Below are positions 8,683 to 18,638 of a DNA stretch of 64,000 nucleotides, one piece after another; within the stretch, counting starts at the first letter, position 1, and each line of letters opens with the position of its first letter. Below the pieces are notes generated by a model that was given only the letters and a program-made list of their open reading frames with translations, had not been told where the DNA came from and made no database searches. Position numbers and translations under genes: made by a program. Origin of the DNA: an uncultured Chlamydiae bacterium (GTDB lineage: Bacteria; Chlamydiota; Chlamydiia; Chlamydiales; SM23-39); contig CAWHDP010000002.1 of NCBI GenBank assembly GCA_963828125.1, positions 1,857,054-1,921,053 of the forward strand, given 5' to 3'.

Positions 8683-10161
8683 ATGTCTTATTTAAAACAA
8701 TATTTTTCCAAAGTTCCCGAAAAAAATCGCTCTGCCGCTGCGATCGCGTTTGCCGCGTCGCTCGACGCCGTGGGTGCGGCGTCTCCGAAAATTGCCGCCA
8801 GCATCGTCAGTGAATTAAAGGACCAACGGTCTCATCTTAAATTGATTGCGTCTGAAAATTTTTCTTCCCTGCCGGTTCAATTGGCGATGGGGAATTTGTT
8901 GACCGACAAATACAGCGAAGGGTACGTGGGTCACCGATTTTACGCCGGGTGTGAAAATGTGGATGCGATTGAAGGGGCGGCGGTTGATTGGGCTAAAAAA
9001 ATATTTGGCGCAGAGCACGCCTATGTGCAGCCCCATTCGGGCGCCGATGCGAATTTGGTCGCTTTTTGGGCTATTTTGGTGCAGAGGATCCAGTCGAGAG
9101 AGGTCGAAAGGCTCGGAAAGAAAACGGTCGATGAACTGACCCCGGAGGAGTATGAGGAGGTCCGGAAGCTCTTGGTGAGTCAGAAAATCATGGGGATGTC
9201 TCTCGGCTCGGGAGGGCACCTGACCCATGGCTATAGGCACAATATTTCGGCCAAGATCTTTCAGGCGGCAGCTTATGAAGTGGACGAGAAGAGCGGATGG
9301 ATCGATTATGCGGCGCTCCAAAGACAAGCGCTTAGAGAAAAACCGCTGATTTTGATTGCCGGATACTCGGCCTATCCGCGGCTGATCGATTTTGCCAAAA
9401 TGCGCGAAATTGCAGATAGCGTCGGCGCAGTGTTGATGGTCGATATGGCCCATTTTGCAGGTCTCGTAGCGGGAAAAGTGATGAAGGGGAATTACGATCC
9501 GGTGCCGTTTGCCGATATTGTCACCTCGACGACTCATAAGACTCTGCGAGGGCCTCGCGGCGGATTGGTTCTTTGCAAAGAGGAGTTTCGCGAAACGGTC
9601 AATAAAGGATGTCCGATTGTGCTTGGAGGTCCGTTGCCGCACGTGATGGCTGCAAAAGCTGTCGCTTTTGAGGAGGCGGCCCAGCCAGAGTTCAGCCGTT
9701 ATGCCCATCAGATTGTGGAGAACGCCCGAGCCCTTGCTGAAGCTCTGAAAGGGTTCGGCATCGAGCTCCTTACCGGCGGCACAGACAACCACTTGCTTGT
9801 CATGAATGTGGCCAAGAGCTTCCAACTCACTGGACGGCAGGCTGAGACGGTTCTTCGCGAGGCGCGCCTCACGGTCAGTCGAAACGCGATCCCAAGAGAC
9901 GTCAACGGCGCGTGGTATACGTCAGGCGTCCGGATTGGAACCCCTGCAATAACCACATTGGGGATGACGCAGGTTCACATGAGGGAAATCGCCTCAATCC
10001 TCTATGAATTGCTCCGGTCGGCCCGGCCTGGAATAGACGAAAAAACGGGAGGGGCCTCCCGCGCCAAGACGCATGTGCCTCCTGAGGCTATGCGGAGGGC
10101 TCAGGAGAGGGTCGCGGAACTATTGTGCGCATTTCCTCTCTACCCCGAATTGGTTGTGTAA
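8683..10161 (+). CDS. glyA: Serine hydroxymethyltransferase (long chlamydial type)
   Basis: LIASEN, GGHLTHG and TTHKTLRGPRGG PLP motif; AGGAG upstream of ATG 8683. Confidence 0.96.
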   Translation: MSYLKQYFSKVPEKNRSAAAIAFAASLDAVGAASPKIAASIVSELKDQRSHLKLIASENFSSLPVQLAMGNLLTDKYSEGYVGHRFYAGCENVDAIEGAAVDWAKKIFGAEHAYVQPHSGADANLVAFWAILVQRIQSREVERLGKKTVDELTPEEYEEVRKLLVSQKIMGMSLGSGGHLTHGYRHNISAKIFQAAAYEVDEKSGWIDYAALQRQALREKPLILIAGYSAYPRLIDFAKMREIADSVGAVLMVDMAHFAGLVAGKVMKGNYDPVPFADIVTSTTHKTLRGPRGGLVLCKEEFRETVNKGCPIVLGGPLPHVMAAKAVAFEEAAQPEFSRYAHQIVENARALAEALKGFGIELLTGGTDNHLLVMNVAKSFQLTGRQAETVLREARLTVSRNAIPRDVNGAWYTSGVRIGTPAITTLGMTQVHMREIASILYELLRSARPGIDEKTGGASRAKTHVPPEAMRRAQERVAELLCAFPLYPELVV

Positions 10162-10223
10162 CGCAAAGTTTAGTTGATGAAAAAGGTCTGAGTGACAGGT
10201 GCGAAAGGTGCAGAGGCCGATAA

Positions 10224-10373
10224 TTAGCCTTCTGCAATAGCTTCTTCAACGCCACGTCCTTTTTGAATTAACCGGCCGAAAAAATCTACAGCTGTCTCTT
10301 GAATCCTAATATCGCTGCTAGTGATTCCCCGTTTTGCGATGACGATAGCCGCTTCAAAGCCGTATCCTTCATC
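10224..10373 (-). pseudogene. Remnant of a HEAT/ARM-like helical-repeat protein
   Basis: Stop-bounded 49-codon frame with no start: DEGYGFEAAIVIAKRGITSSDIRIQETAVDFFGRLIQKGRGVEEAIAEG; internal G.G.E.AI recurrence. Confidence 0.5.
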
Positions 10374-10584
10374 CTACTCATCATGCCACGTGTGATCATG
10401 CAGATCCTGTTCCTTTTTGAGGACACAAGCCGCTGTGCGCGGCTAAAGGATTCCAATCATGCTCACTTTATTAAGTAACTGAAGATAGGTTCATTGCTTA
10501 ATTATTATTTTGCGCAAGATACTGTCGTGTTTTGACAGTATCTTGATGAGATTGGCCATTATGTTGTTTTTAAGCTATCAACGT

Positions 10585-11253
10585 TCATTTTTTGGCATTG
10601 ACGATCTGATCGTGGGCCTCTTTAACGATTCGGAACGCCGCTGTAGCTGCTTTGCAATCCTCTTCCGACACTTTATCCGGGTGCAGTGCGCGAGCCAGTT
10701 TCTTGTAACGCTGCCTAACTTCGTCTACCGATGCATTGTTCTCTAAACCGAGATGGGAATAGGGATCCTTTTCCACCGGTTCCTTGGATCCTGCGGGTAA
10801 ATGCTTTTTGATGAAATTAAACTCTGCCGCGAATGGAGAACTTTCTTGTTCTACATTGACTTTGGGTGGCAGGGGCGCTGCGGAAGGAGGTGTATTCTGG
10901 GGTTGCGCTTTGGGTTTAGGGACTGTAAAATAGGATCTATTTTTAAACGCCTGGTTTGTCTTCCACTCTGTGGGGATCGGTTTGTGTTTCCATGTGAAAA
11001 CGGGCGGCTGCTTGGGGAGATAATTATGGATATAGGGTTGGTTTGGGATCGATGGCCGCGAGGATTGCTCTGCGGCGAGCAAAACCCAAGGGAGGAGTTC
11101 CGCCATTAAATGATACATCATCAATTGCCGGATGGCATATTGTTGGACGAAGCGAGCCTTGTGTATGAATGCTGGATCTAAGCGGTAGCCGCCCTTCAAA
11201 TCATTGTAGCCAAAATGGCCTGGCGTTTGGATGTTGTAGATAAAAGTACACAT
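10585..11253 (-). CDS. Protein with C-terminal DnaJ J-domain
   Basis: DPYSHLGL...YKKLARALHPDK...F..VKEAH with HPD motif; Pro-rich linker; unique N-terminus. Confidence 0.82.
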   Translation of the reverse strand: MCTFIYNIQTPGHFGYNDLKGGYRLDPAFIHKARFVQQYAIRQLMMYHLMAELLPWVLLAAEQSSRPSIPNQPYIHNYLPKQPPVFTWKHKPIPTEWKTNQAFKNRSYFTVPKPKAQPQNTPPSAAPLPPKVNVEQESSPFAAEFNFIKKHLPAGSKEPVEKDPYSHLGLENNASVDEVRQRYKKLARALHPDKVSEEDCKAATAAFRIVKEAHDQIVNAKK

Positions 11254-11609
11254 ATACTGCCTCTGTAATTTTTTAATAATTCGTAATACACATTGCTATG
11301 TTTGTGGTTTATATTGTATCACAAAGTTAGTCTTTCTTAAAAGAAGTTGTACTAATTTTGTAATTAAAATTTTTAACTGCATAAAAATGAATGCGTTGCG
11401 CGTTTCCGGAAAACCTATCCGTAAAATGACACAAACTGGTTTCAAGCTCTCAAGGCTACTCCATGCCAGAGATTTTGTATAGCTAAAAGTCTAGACTGGG
11501 ATTTGTCTATGAAAAACTAGGCCAATCCCAATGTTTTTATTGAAAATCGTAGGTTCGTAGTCGACTAAAAATCGGTCACTTGTGAAAATGGGATAAAAGG
11601 GAGTGGATT

Positions 11610-12212
11610 ATGCCAGACGGTGAACGGGAAGAAAAACCGAAATTCGTAAACGACAAGCTAGATCAGGCTCTTCTGGAGAAGCGGCGGATTTTTCTCTCCG
11701 ACGCCGTTGATTCGGAGAGTGCAAAGGACATCATTCGGAAGCTTTGGTATCTCGATCATCAGGCTCCGGGCAAATCGATCCTCTTTATCATCAATTCGCC
11801 AGGCGGTTCGGTCGATTCGGGTTTTGCTATCTGGGATCAGGTCAAGCTCCTCTCCTCGCCTGTCATTACTTTAGTGACGGGGCTAGCTGCATCAATGGGG
11901 TCGCTGCTCAGTCTTGTTTCTGGCAAGGGAAAGAGGTTGGCTACAACCAATTCTCGGATCATGATCCACCAGCCGCTCATCGGCGGAGTGATCCGGGGGC
12001 AGGCGACCGATCTGGAAATCCAAGCGCGCGAGATGCTGAAAACGAGGGCTCAAATCGTCGATATCTATGTCGAGGCGACGGGCAAAGATCGGAAAACCAT
12101 CGAGAAAGCGATCGATAGAGACAACTGGATGTCTGCCGAGGAAGCGCTCCACTTCGGACTTCTCGACAAAGTGGTCACTTCAATGAAAGACGTAGACGCT
12201 GTCCTCCGTTAG
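11610..12212 (+). CDS. clpP: ATP-dependent Clp protease proteolytic subunit
   Basis: [21 protein letters not shown] and [15 protein letters not shown] motifs. Confidence 0.95.
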   Translation: MPDGEREEKPKFVNDKLDQALLEKRRIFLSDAVDSESAKDIIRKLWYLDHQAPGKSILFIINSPGGSVDSGFAIWDQVKLLSSPVITLVTGLAASMGSLLSLVSGKGKRLATTNSRIMIHQPLIGGVIRGQATDLEIQAREMLKTRAQIVDIYVEATGKDRKTIEKAIDRDNWMSAEEALHFGLLDKVVTSMKDVDAVLR

Positions 12213-12236
12213 GGGTCGTCCCCTCCCGAACTCGAG

Positions 12237-12410
12237 CTAGAGGGGATCTTGCTTGAAATATACTTGGTAGATCTGGATTAGGCTAGGACGGGGTTCTGGC
12301 ATGCGTTGGCATGCGTCCCAGTAGTTCTTGAAACCGGGGTTCTGATTGAGGGCCTCTTGTGCTTTTTTGTCTTCCTCTGCAGTGCTGTACCATTTGTTGA
12401 CATGACGCAA
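12237..12410 (-). CDS. Possible small protein (57 aa)
   Basis: TTG-started frame RHVNKWYSTAEEDKKAQEALNQNPGFKNYWDACQRMPEPRPSLIQIYQVYFKQDPL in an otherwise empty gap; below the ORF-track cutoff. Confidence 0.35.
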   Translation of the reverse strand: MRHVNKWYSTAEEDKKAQEALNQNPGFKNYWDACQRMPEPRPSLIQIYQVYFKQDPL

Positions 12411-12547
12411 CCCCCTTTTTTGTACCTTTAATTATTTAGATCGGGCTCATTTATGTAAAGGGGGGCTCGCGCTTGCATAGACAGGAAACGGCGCCGGCTG
12501 TAGAATGAGGGGAAGGCTCATATTAAAATGGGTCTGGTTTTTCGCTT

Positions 12548-15500
12548 ATGGATCGTCAACCTGAATATGTTCAAGAGTATAAGCTCCAAGCCGGGGAACT
12601 CCTGCAGTCGGGGGCCGTCGGAGAGCCGATCTTTTCCAGAGGGACTTATCAATTCGAAGTGCAGGAAAAGGGGAAAAAAAAGGCGTTTCCGTTCATTCAG
12701 ATGAAGGATGATGGGGAGCTGACCGACTCTTTCTGTAGCTGTAAGGTATCTGAGGCGGGGAGGGGCTGTCCTCATTTGGCTGCCGGTTATTTACGCATTT
12801 TCAATGGAACAAACGAGCCGCTTCATGTCCGTTTCCGAAGATCGCTCTGGAGCCGTCTATTCCAGATGGCGAGTCGGCGGCATGGGTATAGCGCGGACGT
12901 GTTGATGGGGGGGAGAGAGGGGATTTATACTTGTGAGTCGAAGACGAAAAAACCCCTTTTCTCCATTGAGGCGGTGAGTGCAAAAGCAAAAAAAAAGTTG
13001 GCTGCGATCGTCTCAGAGCGTCCCGTTGAGACGGAGGAGACCTCAATCAAGTTTTCCAATCTCCCTGCGGAGGAGATCGCGGCCTATCGAACGGGTCGTC
13101 CCAGCCACACTCTCCGATTCGAGCTCTCTTTTTGGTCCGATTTAGCTAAATGGCTGATGGTTTTAGAGGAGGCGCAAGAGCCTTATGAGATCGGTTTTGA
13201 CGGGGCGCCGCTGCCCAATCAGATCACATTGAAATTTCCAGGGCTCGGGATCTGGTTTTATATTTCCGATGTGAACTGGCCCTGGATTATTCCGGCCCTT
13301 TCGACAGTGAACGCTCCTCTTAAAGTATTTGATACCGAGGATGAATCGATTGAGAGGATCGAATATGATGAAAAAGAGCGGTGTTTCCATATTCATCATA
13401 AGGGGGATAAGCCGGTAGGGGAGAGCGATTTTGCCGGGATTCCGATCGGCGATTGGTTCTATGTTGAGGGGCGTGGGTTTTATCGGCGGAGGTACGATCC
13501 GATTTTAGCTGAGGATCGGATCCCAGCCGATCGGATTGCAAGTATTTTAAATCAGTCGGCCAAAACGCTCGCCCCTTTTCTCTCTATTTTCCCTGAGAAG
13601 AGGCCCTGCAAATACGTCCTCCGATTCGATCCTCAAGGGAATTTGCATATCGAACTTTACGTATTGGAGCCGGGCGATTTGCGATCGGAGAGGGCCAGTT
13701 GTTTTGTCCCATGGGCGTATGTGCCGGACCTGGGCTTTTACCTCCTTGAGGATTGGCTCTTTGAGGGGCAAGAAAAAATCGTCCCGAAGGCCGAGGTGGC
13801 CGATTTTGTCAATCGACACCGTTTATGGCTTCATAATTTTCCCGGATTCCAAACCCATCTCGGGAGTTTGGAATCCCATCTGATTTACCATCTCAGCTCA
13901 GAGGATGAGCTCTCTTTTGATGCTGAGCTGAATTTTCCAGAGGACTATGAAGAGACTCATCATTTCGACGAATGGGTCTACATCAAAGGGCAAGGCTTTT
14001 ATATGAAAAAAGAGGCTCGGGGGCGTTTGCCGCTTCATCCCGGACTCAAAGTGCTTAAGGAAGACATTTCTCCTTTTATCACCGCTCATAAAGAAGAATT
14101 GGAGCAGATCCAAAAATTTTACAGCGCCGATTTGCCGATTTTAAAGACGGGGCTCCATATCACGTTGAATGAGCAAGGTCTCATCTCAATCGTTCCTAAA
14201 ATGGAATATGCGCCAGGGGTCGATCCTTCCTTGTTGAAACGGTTTGGCGACTACGTATACAGGGAGGGGAAGGGGTTTGCCGAAATTCCTCTTGCGGCCC
14301 GCCTCCCTGAAAGATATCAGCGTCCGTTGACGATTGCGGAGCCGCAAGAGTCGGCCTTTTTGGCCTACGAAATGGAGCCGCTAAAGCCCTATATTATCGA
14401 GATCGATCCGCGGCTTGTGGAACCGGTTGATTTGAAGTTGACCATCAGGAAAATTACGCAGAGTAAAAAAAGGAAGGGGCAGGAGTGGCTTCTCGATCTC
14501 GTCTATGCAGCCGAGACGGGCGCGATCGATATCTTTTCGATTTGGGACGCATTCCAAGAGAAAAAACGGCATCTGTTTTCTTCGGCAGGACTCCTTTATT
14601 TAAAAGAGCCCCGCTTCAATTGGATTCGGCAGCTCCCTGCCAAGCGGATCGATCGGAAAAAGGGGCTCATCCGGCTCAATACTTTAGAATGGATCCGATT
14701 GACTGTCTTTGAGTCGATCGAGGCGCCAGCGGATCCCGAGACGAGACAGCTCATCGAGGAGCTGAATCGATTTGAGAGCAACCGGCTTCCCGATATTTCA
14801 CGGCTGAAAGCGACGCTCCGCCCGTATCAAGAGCAGGGGGTCAGTTGGTTGTGGTTTCTTTATTGCCATGGACTCTCAGGGCTTCTTTGCGACGATATGG
14901 GGCTTGGAAAAACCCACCAGACGATGGCCCTGTTGGCGGCCGTGATCCATGAAGATGAAGAAAAAAATAACAAATATCTCGTCGTTTGCCCCACCTCGGT
15001 GATCTACCACTGGCAGCAGCTCCTGAAGCGCTTTCTCCCCGACCTCCGCGTCTGCACCTACTACGGGCTAGAGAGGACTTTGGAAGATTTTGACACAAAT
15101 TACGATCTCATCCTTACCTCCTACGGCATTTTGCGCTCCGGACGGGAAAATTTGAGGGAATATTCTTTTGAAGTGGTGATCTTCGATGAGATCCAGATCG
15201 CCAAGAACCATGCGTCGCAGACCCACAAGGCTCTCCGTTCGTTGAAGGCCCAGATGCGCCTTGGCCTCACCGGAACGCCCATTGAAAACCGGCTCCGCGA
15301 GCTCAAATCGCTCATCGACGTCGTCCTCCCCGCTTACATGCCGGTTGACGCCGTTTTCCGCGACATCTTCATCAATCCAATCGAAAAGAGCTCCGATGCG
15401 GAAAAAAAAGTATTGCTCGGCAAGTTGGTTAAGCCGTTTATTTTAAGGAGAAAAAAGAGCGAGGTGCTCACCGACTTGCCCGAAAAGATCGAGGAGATCG

Positions 15501-16243
15501 CCTATTGTGATTTGAGTCCCGAGCAAAAAACGCTCTACAAAGAGGTTGCGTTTAAAATGCGCGACACAGTCTACCAAGATTTGAAAGACAACACGAAGCC
15601 GGTGCCCCTAGTCCACGTCTTTTCCGCGCTATCGACGTTAAAGCAAATTTGCGATCATCCGGCGCTCCTTTTAAAAGATCCAAAAAATTATCAGTCTCAC
15701 CATTCAGGCAAGTGGGATCTTTTCGTCGAACTCCTGAATGAGGCGCGTGACAGCGGCCAAAAAGTGGTGATTTTTTCGCAATATCTCGAAATGCTCGCGA
15801 TCATCGAGGCCCACTTGAAAAAAAAAGGGATCGGCTTTGCGACGATCAAAGGATCGACTCGCGACCGGCCTGAGCAGCTCCGCCGTTTCCGCGAAGATCC
15901 GGGCTGCGAAGTGTTCGTCGCCTCCCTTTTGGCTGCAGGCGTCGGGATCGATCTAACGGTCGCCTCGATTGTGATCCACTATGACCGGTGGTGGAATCCA
16001 GCGAAAGAAAACCAGGCGACCGACAGGGTTCACCGGATTGGACAAAATCGGGGCGTCCAGGTATTCAAACTCGTGACGAAACACTCCATCGAGGAGCACA
16101 TTCACGAAATGATCGAGCGGAAAAAGGGGCTCTTGGAGGATATTATTGGCCAGGAAGATCAAATTAATTATTTGTCGAGGGACGAACTTCTCCAGGTTTT
16201 TGAGATCATGTTCAGCGAAATCAACGCTGAAGGGAGGCAATAA
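12548..16243 (+). CDS. SWIM zinc-finger SNF2-family helicase/ATPase
   Basis: N-terminal CSC...CPH SWIM motif; DDMGLGKT, DEIQ, TGTPIEN and WWNPA.E.QATDR.HRIGQ motifs. Confidence 0.95.
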   Translation: MDRQPEYVQEYKLQAGELLQSGAVGEPIFSRGTYQFEVQEKGKKKAFPFIQMKDDGELTDSFCSCKVSEAGRGCPHLAAGYLRIFNGTNEPLHVRFRRSLWSRLFQMASRRHGYSADVLMGGREGIYTCESKTKKPLFSIEAVSAKAKKKLAAIVSERPVETEETSIKFSNLPAEEIAAYRTGRPSHTLRFELSFWSDLAKWLMVLEEAQEPYEIGFDGAPLPNQITLKFPGLGIWFYISDVNWPWIIPALSTVNAPLKVFDTEDESIERIEYDEKERCFHIHHKGDKPVGESDFAGIPIGDWFYVEGRGFYRRRYDPILAEDRIPADRIASILNQSAKTLAPFLSIFPEKRPCKYVLRFDPQGNLHIELYVLEPGDLRSERASCFVPWAYVPDLGFYLLEDWLFEGQEKIVPKAEVADFVNRHRLWLHNFPGFQTHLGSLESHLIYHLSSEDELSFDAELNFPEDYEETHHFDEWVYIKGQGFYMKKEARGRLPLHPGLKVLKEDISPFITAHKEELEQIQKFYSADLPILKTGLHITLNEQGLISIVPKMEYAPGVDPSLLKRFGDYVYREGKGFAEIPLAARLPERYQRPLTIAEPQESAFLAYEMEPLKPYIIEIDPRLVEPVDLKLTIRKITQSKKRKGQEWLLDLVYAAETGAIDIFSIWDAFQEKKRHLFSSAGLLYLKEPRFNWIRQLPAKRIDRKKGLIRLNTLEWIRLTVFESIEAPADPETRQLIEELNRFESNRLPDISRLKATLRPYQEQGVSWLWFLYCHGLSGLLCDDMGLGKTHQTMALLAAVIHEDEEKNNKYLVVCPTSVIYHWQQLLKRFLPDLRVCTYYGLERTLEDFDTNYDLILTSYGILRSGRENLREYSFEVVIFDEIQIAKNHASQTHKALRSLKAQMRLGLTGTPIENRLRELKSLIDVVLPAYMPVDAVFRDIFINPIEKSSDAEKKVLLGKLVKPFILRRKKSEVLTDLPEKIEEIAYCDLSPEQKTLYKEVAFKMRDTVYQDLKDNTKPVPLVHVFSALSTLKQICDHPALLLKDPKNYQSHHSGKWDLFVELLNEARDSGQKVVIFSQYLEMLAIIEAHLKKKGIGFATIKGSTRDRPEQLRRFREDPGCEVFVASLLAAGVGIDLTVASIVIHYDRWWNPAKENQATDRVHRIGQNRGVQVFKLVTKHSIEEHIHEMIERKKGLLEDIIGQEDQINYLSRDELLQVFEIMFSEINAEGRQ

Positions 16244-16382
16244 TCCCGAAATGCGCATTCAATAATAAAAAATTTTCTACGAATTGCTCTTTAATTAGCG
16301 TTATTATAACATAGAGGAAGGTGAATTATTTTAGTTTGATAGCTCCTAGTAATTTAATAACTTAAAAGATTGGAGTGTATAT

Positions 16383-16895
16383 ATGGGTAACATTAATCCG
16401 ATAAGAAGAGGTTCGGGTGTTCCGGAATCTCGCAAAGCTGAAGGGGTCTGCCGCAGCGCAGCTACGGCTGCAAAGGTCAATAAAACGGTAGAATTGCCGG
16501 TCGTTCAGCAGGGAGGATTGCGAGATCGGCAATGGACGCCTTTAAAAGGGGCGCTTGATCTGTCCAAAAGTATTCGGAGAGACTGGAATCTGTTGCATCC
16601 CGAAGAGTTGGCTGAAAGGATCATTGATCTTGAGGCGAGGGTGGCGAGTCTAAAAGAACCGTCTCCCTTGGTCGATAAAGTCAAAAAACAGCTGGAGCAT
16701 TTCCATTTTCGGTTTGTCTTCCCTGTTGCGCTGGAATTGGAGTCGCCAGGTAAAGCGATGCCTCCGACTTTTGCGAGTGAAACCCGCCGAGTGGCCAAAC
16801 AACTTTTTCAGACCCACTCGTTGCAGCCCTTTCATCAACTCAATTCGGTTCAGCAACGTGAGGTAATCCGCTTTGCCGAAGGGAGGGGTGCATGA
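16383..16895 (+). CDS. Hypothetical protein
   Basis: 170 aa, GGAG upstream, AT-rich promoter region, ATGA overlap with the next gene. Confidence 0.7.
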   Translation: MGNINPIRRGSGVPESRKAEGVCRSAATAAKVNKTVELPVVQQGGLRDRQWTPLKGALDLSKSIRRDWNLLHPEELAERIIDLEARVASLKEPSPLVDKVKKQLEHFHFRFVFPVALELESPGKAMPPTFASETRRVAKQLFQTHSLQPFHQLNSVQQREVIRFAEGRGA

Positions 16896-17167
16896 GTCCA
16901 GAGATCCTTGCGCATGCAATGAAAGAATATGTAGAGGCGCTGAAGCATCAGGTGACAGTGGCTGAGGCGTTTTTTTTCGGCCGTCTTACAGAGGGGATGG
17001 AGGGATTGCTCCAGCTCCCTGAAGAGGTTCGGCTGAAGATCGATCAGCTCATTTGGGAGGCGGCGGCGGGGGCTACCCTAAATCCGACCGAAAAAGAGAC
17101 TCAATCGCTGATCGCTGCAGCTATTATGCACTCGGTCGAAGAGAGGATGGGAATGATGGAGGCATAA
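16892..17167 (+). CDS. Small helical hypothetical protein
   Basis: 91 aa, translationally coupled to the upstream ORF. Confidence 0.7.
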   Translation: MSPEILAHAMKEYVEALKHQVTVAEAFFFGRLTEGMEGLLQLPEEVRLKIDQLIWEAAAGATLNPTEKETQSLIAAAIMHSVEERMGMMEA

Positions 17168-17239
17168 CCGGAGTTCGACTGCCTCTCACGTAGAGAAAAC
17201 ATTGGATTTTTATGAGCTGATGTGGATACCATGTTCCTC

Positions 17240-17317
17240 TTTAACTGGACACTGGCCATTTCTCAGCGCTGCGGGCTAGAGTGCGCAGCGCTGAGAAATG
17301 GCCAGTGTCTAGTTAAA
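17240..17317. repeat. 34-bp intergenic inverted repeat (MITE/REP-like)
   Basis: Arms 17240-17273 and 17284-17317 are complementary at 33/34 positions (the other is G-T); 10-nt loop. Confidence 0.9.
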
Positions 17318-17363
17318 TTTAATGATTCTTACGCAAGGCGTGGTATCGGGATGGGGGTTTTTT

Positions 17364-18044
17364 ATGATACATAGTGTTTCTGATTGTTCTTACAGTCATC
17401 TTTTAACTCTGTCGGATCAGTACCAGCCTCAGGCAGAAGTGGCGATGCTCTCGGAGCTGGGCGATGATCTTTGTGCGGATGGTATAGACCGAATCCTTAC
17501 ATCTTCCTATCGGGCGCTCACAGAGCTGCCTCTTCTCGATCTGATAGGAAGCTATCCGCCGTCCCCCAAGGATTCTATCAACCTAGTCGAAGAGGCGGCA
17601 GATTTCAAAACCTTCTCAGAGATCCCAGCAGATACGGCCTCGCTGTTACAGCCACCGGCTCCTCAGGGCTGCTTGTCACGTGAGCAACTTGTCCATGAGG
17701 CCATTCGGCTTGTTCTTAGTTCAGCCCCCTCTTCCGTCCAGCCAAGGGACGAGTTGACTGGATGCGACCCTCTTACAGGCGGAAGGGGTCAATTTACCAC
17801 CTTAGACCAGGTTCACAAATGGTTATGCACGTTAACACAGGGGAATCAAATTTATTATTATCCACAGTTTGGTGAACGTGAGCAGGTGACATTTATGGGG
17901 TACTATCAGTGTAAACAAGTTAAAGTTATGAATAACAAGCGAAGAACAGTGTGGCCGCAGATAACGGGAATTTCTCCATTATGCCATTACCAGCCTCTAA
18001 GAGGAGGAAAGCCAGGAAATAGATGGAATTATTCAAAAAACTAA
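17364..18044 (+). CDS. Hypothetical protein
   Basis: Open frame with no recognised motif; start uncertain (17322 or 17364). Confidence 0.6.
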   Translation: MIHSVSDCSYSHLLTLSDQYQPQAEVAMLSELGDDLCADGIDRILTSSYRALTELPLLDLIGSYPPSPKDSINLVEEAADFKTFSEIPADTASLLQPPAPQGCLSREQLVHEAIRLVLSSAPSSVQPRDELTGCDPLTGGRGQFTTLDQVHKWLCTLTQGNQIYYYPQFGEREQVTFMGYYQCKQVKVMNNKRRTVWPQITGISPLCHYQPLRGGKPGNRWNYSKN

Positions 18045-18065
18045 GAGGCGAAAAGGTATCAGATC

Positions 18066-18638
18066 TTAATGTGACTTTGTCAAAATAAGCGGGTGGGTCT
18101 CGTTCCTTAATAAATCGCCGAAATGGTAGCCGAACGACTTGAGGAAATGGGTCCACGGATCTTTGGGATTATGGATATAGACGGCGTTCGAGAGGGTAAA
18201 TACAATGAGGAAGGCGTCAGAGGCGGCATGGGGCCAGTCGAGAATGAGGTCGGTGCGGAAAAAGAGGATGTTGGCCGGGCTTGAGGGGAGGGGGAGGATC
18301 CCAAGGGGAGATCTCTTCGCGGGAAGGATCGGATGGGGAGCCATCATGGCTCCGAGTACAGATCCTTGAATACAAAACATCTCTTTCAACAGACACGGCC
18401 TCTCCGGCCGGTTTTCTTGGGTCATCCATTGGTCTAAACCGAGCCGGAGCCGTTTTTTCCCAGTCAATGTGAGGGCTGTTTGCCCCAGCGTCCGGATGAT
18501 GAATTCCTTCAGTTCCCCATTTTGCCGCCATAGATCCCGATTGGGCGATTGGAGCGGCGTGGGATGGGGAATTTCAAACTCGATAAAGCCATTTTTGGTG
18601 AAAAAGGCCGCTTGTTGGGCTGAAATGGCCGTCCTCAT
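18066..18638 (-). CDS. CT296-like protein (degenerate 2OG-Fe(II) oxygenase/PhyH-like fold)
   Basis: N-terminus MRTAIS.QQ..FF..NG.I.FE and LT.K.R.RL..DQW resemble CT296; syntenic beside rnc. Confidence 0.65.
   Translation of the reverse strand: MRTAISAQQAAFFTKNGFIEFEIPHPTPLQSPNRDLWRQNGELKEFIIRTLGQTALTLTGKKRLRLGLDQWMTQENRPERPCLLKEMFCIQGSVLGAMMAPHPILPAKRSPLGILPLPSSPANILFFRTDLILDWPHAASDAFLIVFTLSNAVYIHNPKDPWTHFLKSFGYHFGDLLRNETHPLILTKSH

Noticed and set aside
11497..11530. Imperfect CTAG-flanked inverted repeat upstream of clpP as a CIRCE element
   Set aside because: Does not match TTAGCACTC-N9-GAGTGCTAA; may be a degenerate repeat but too weak to assign
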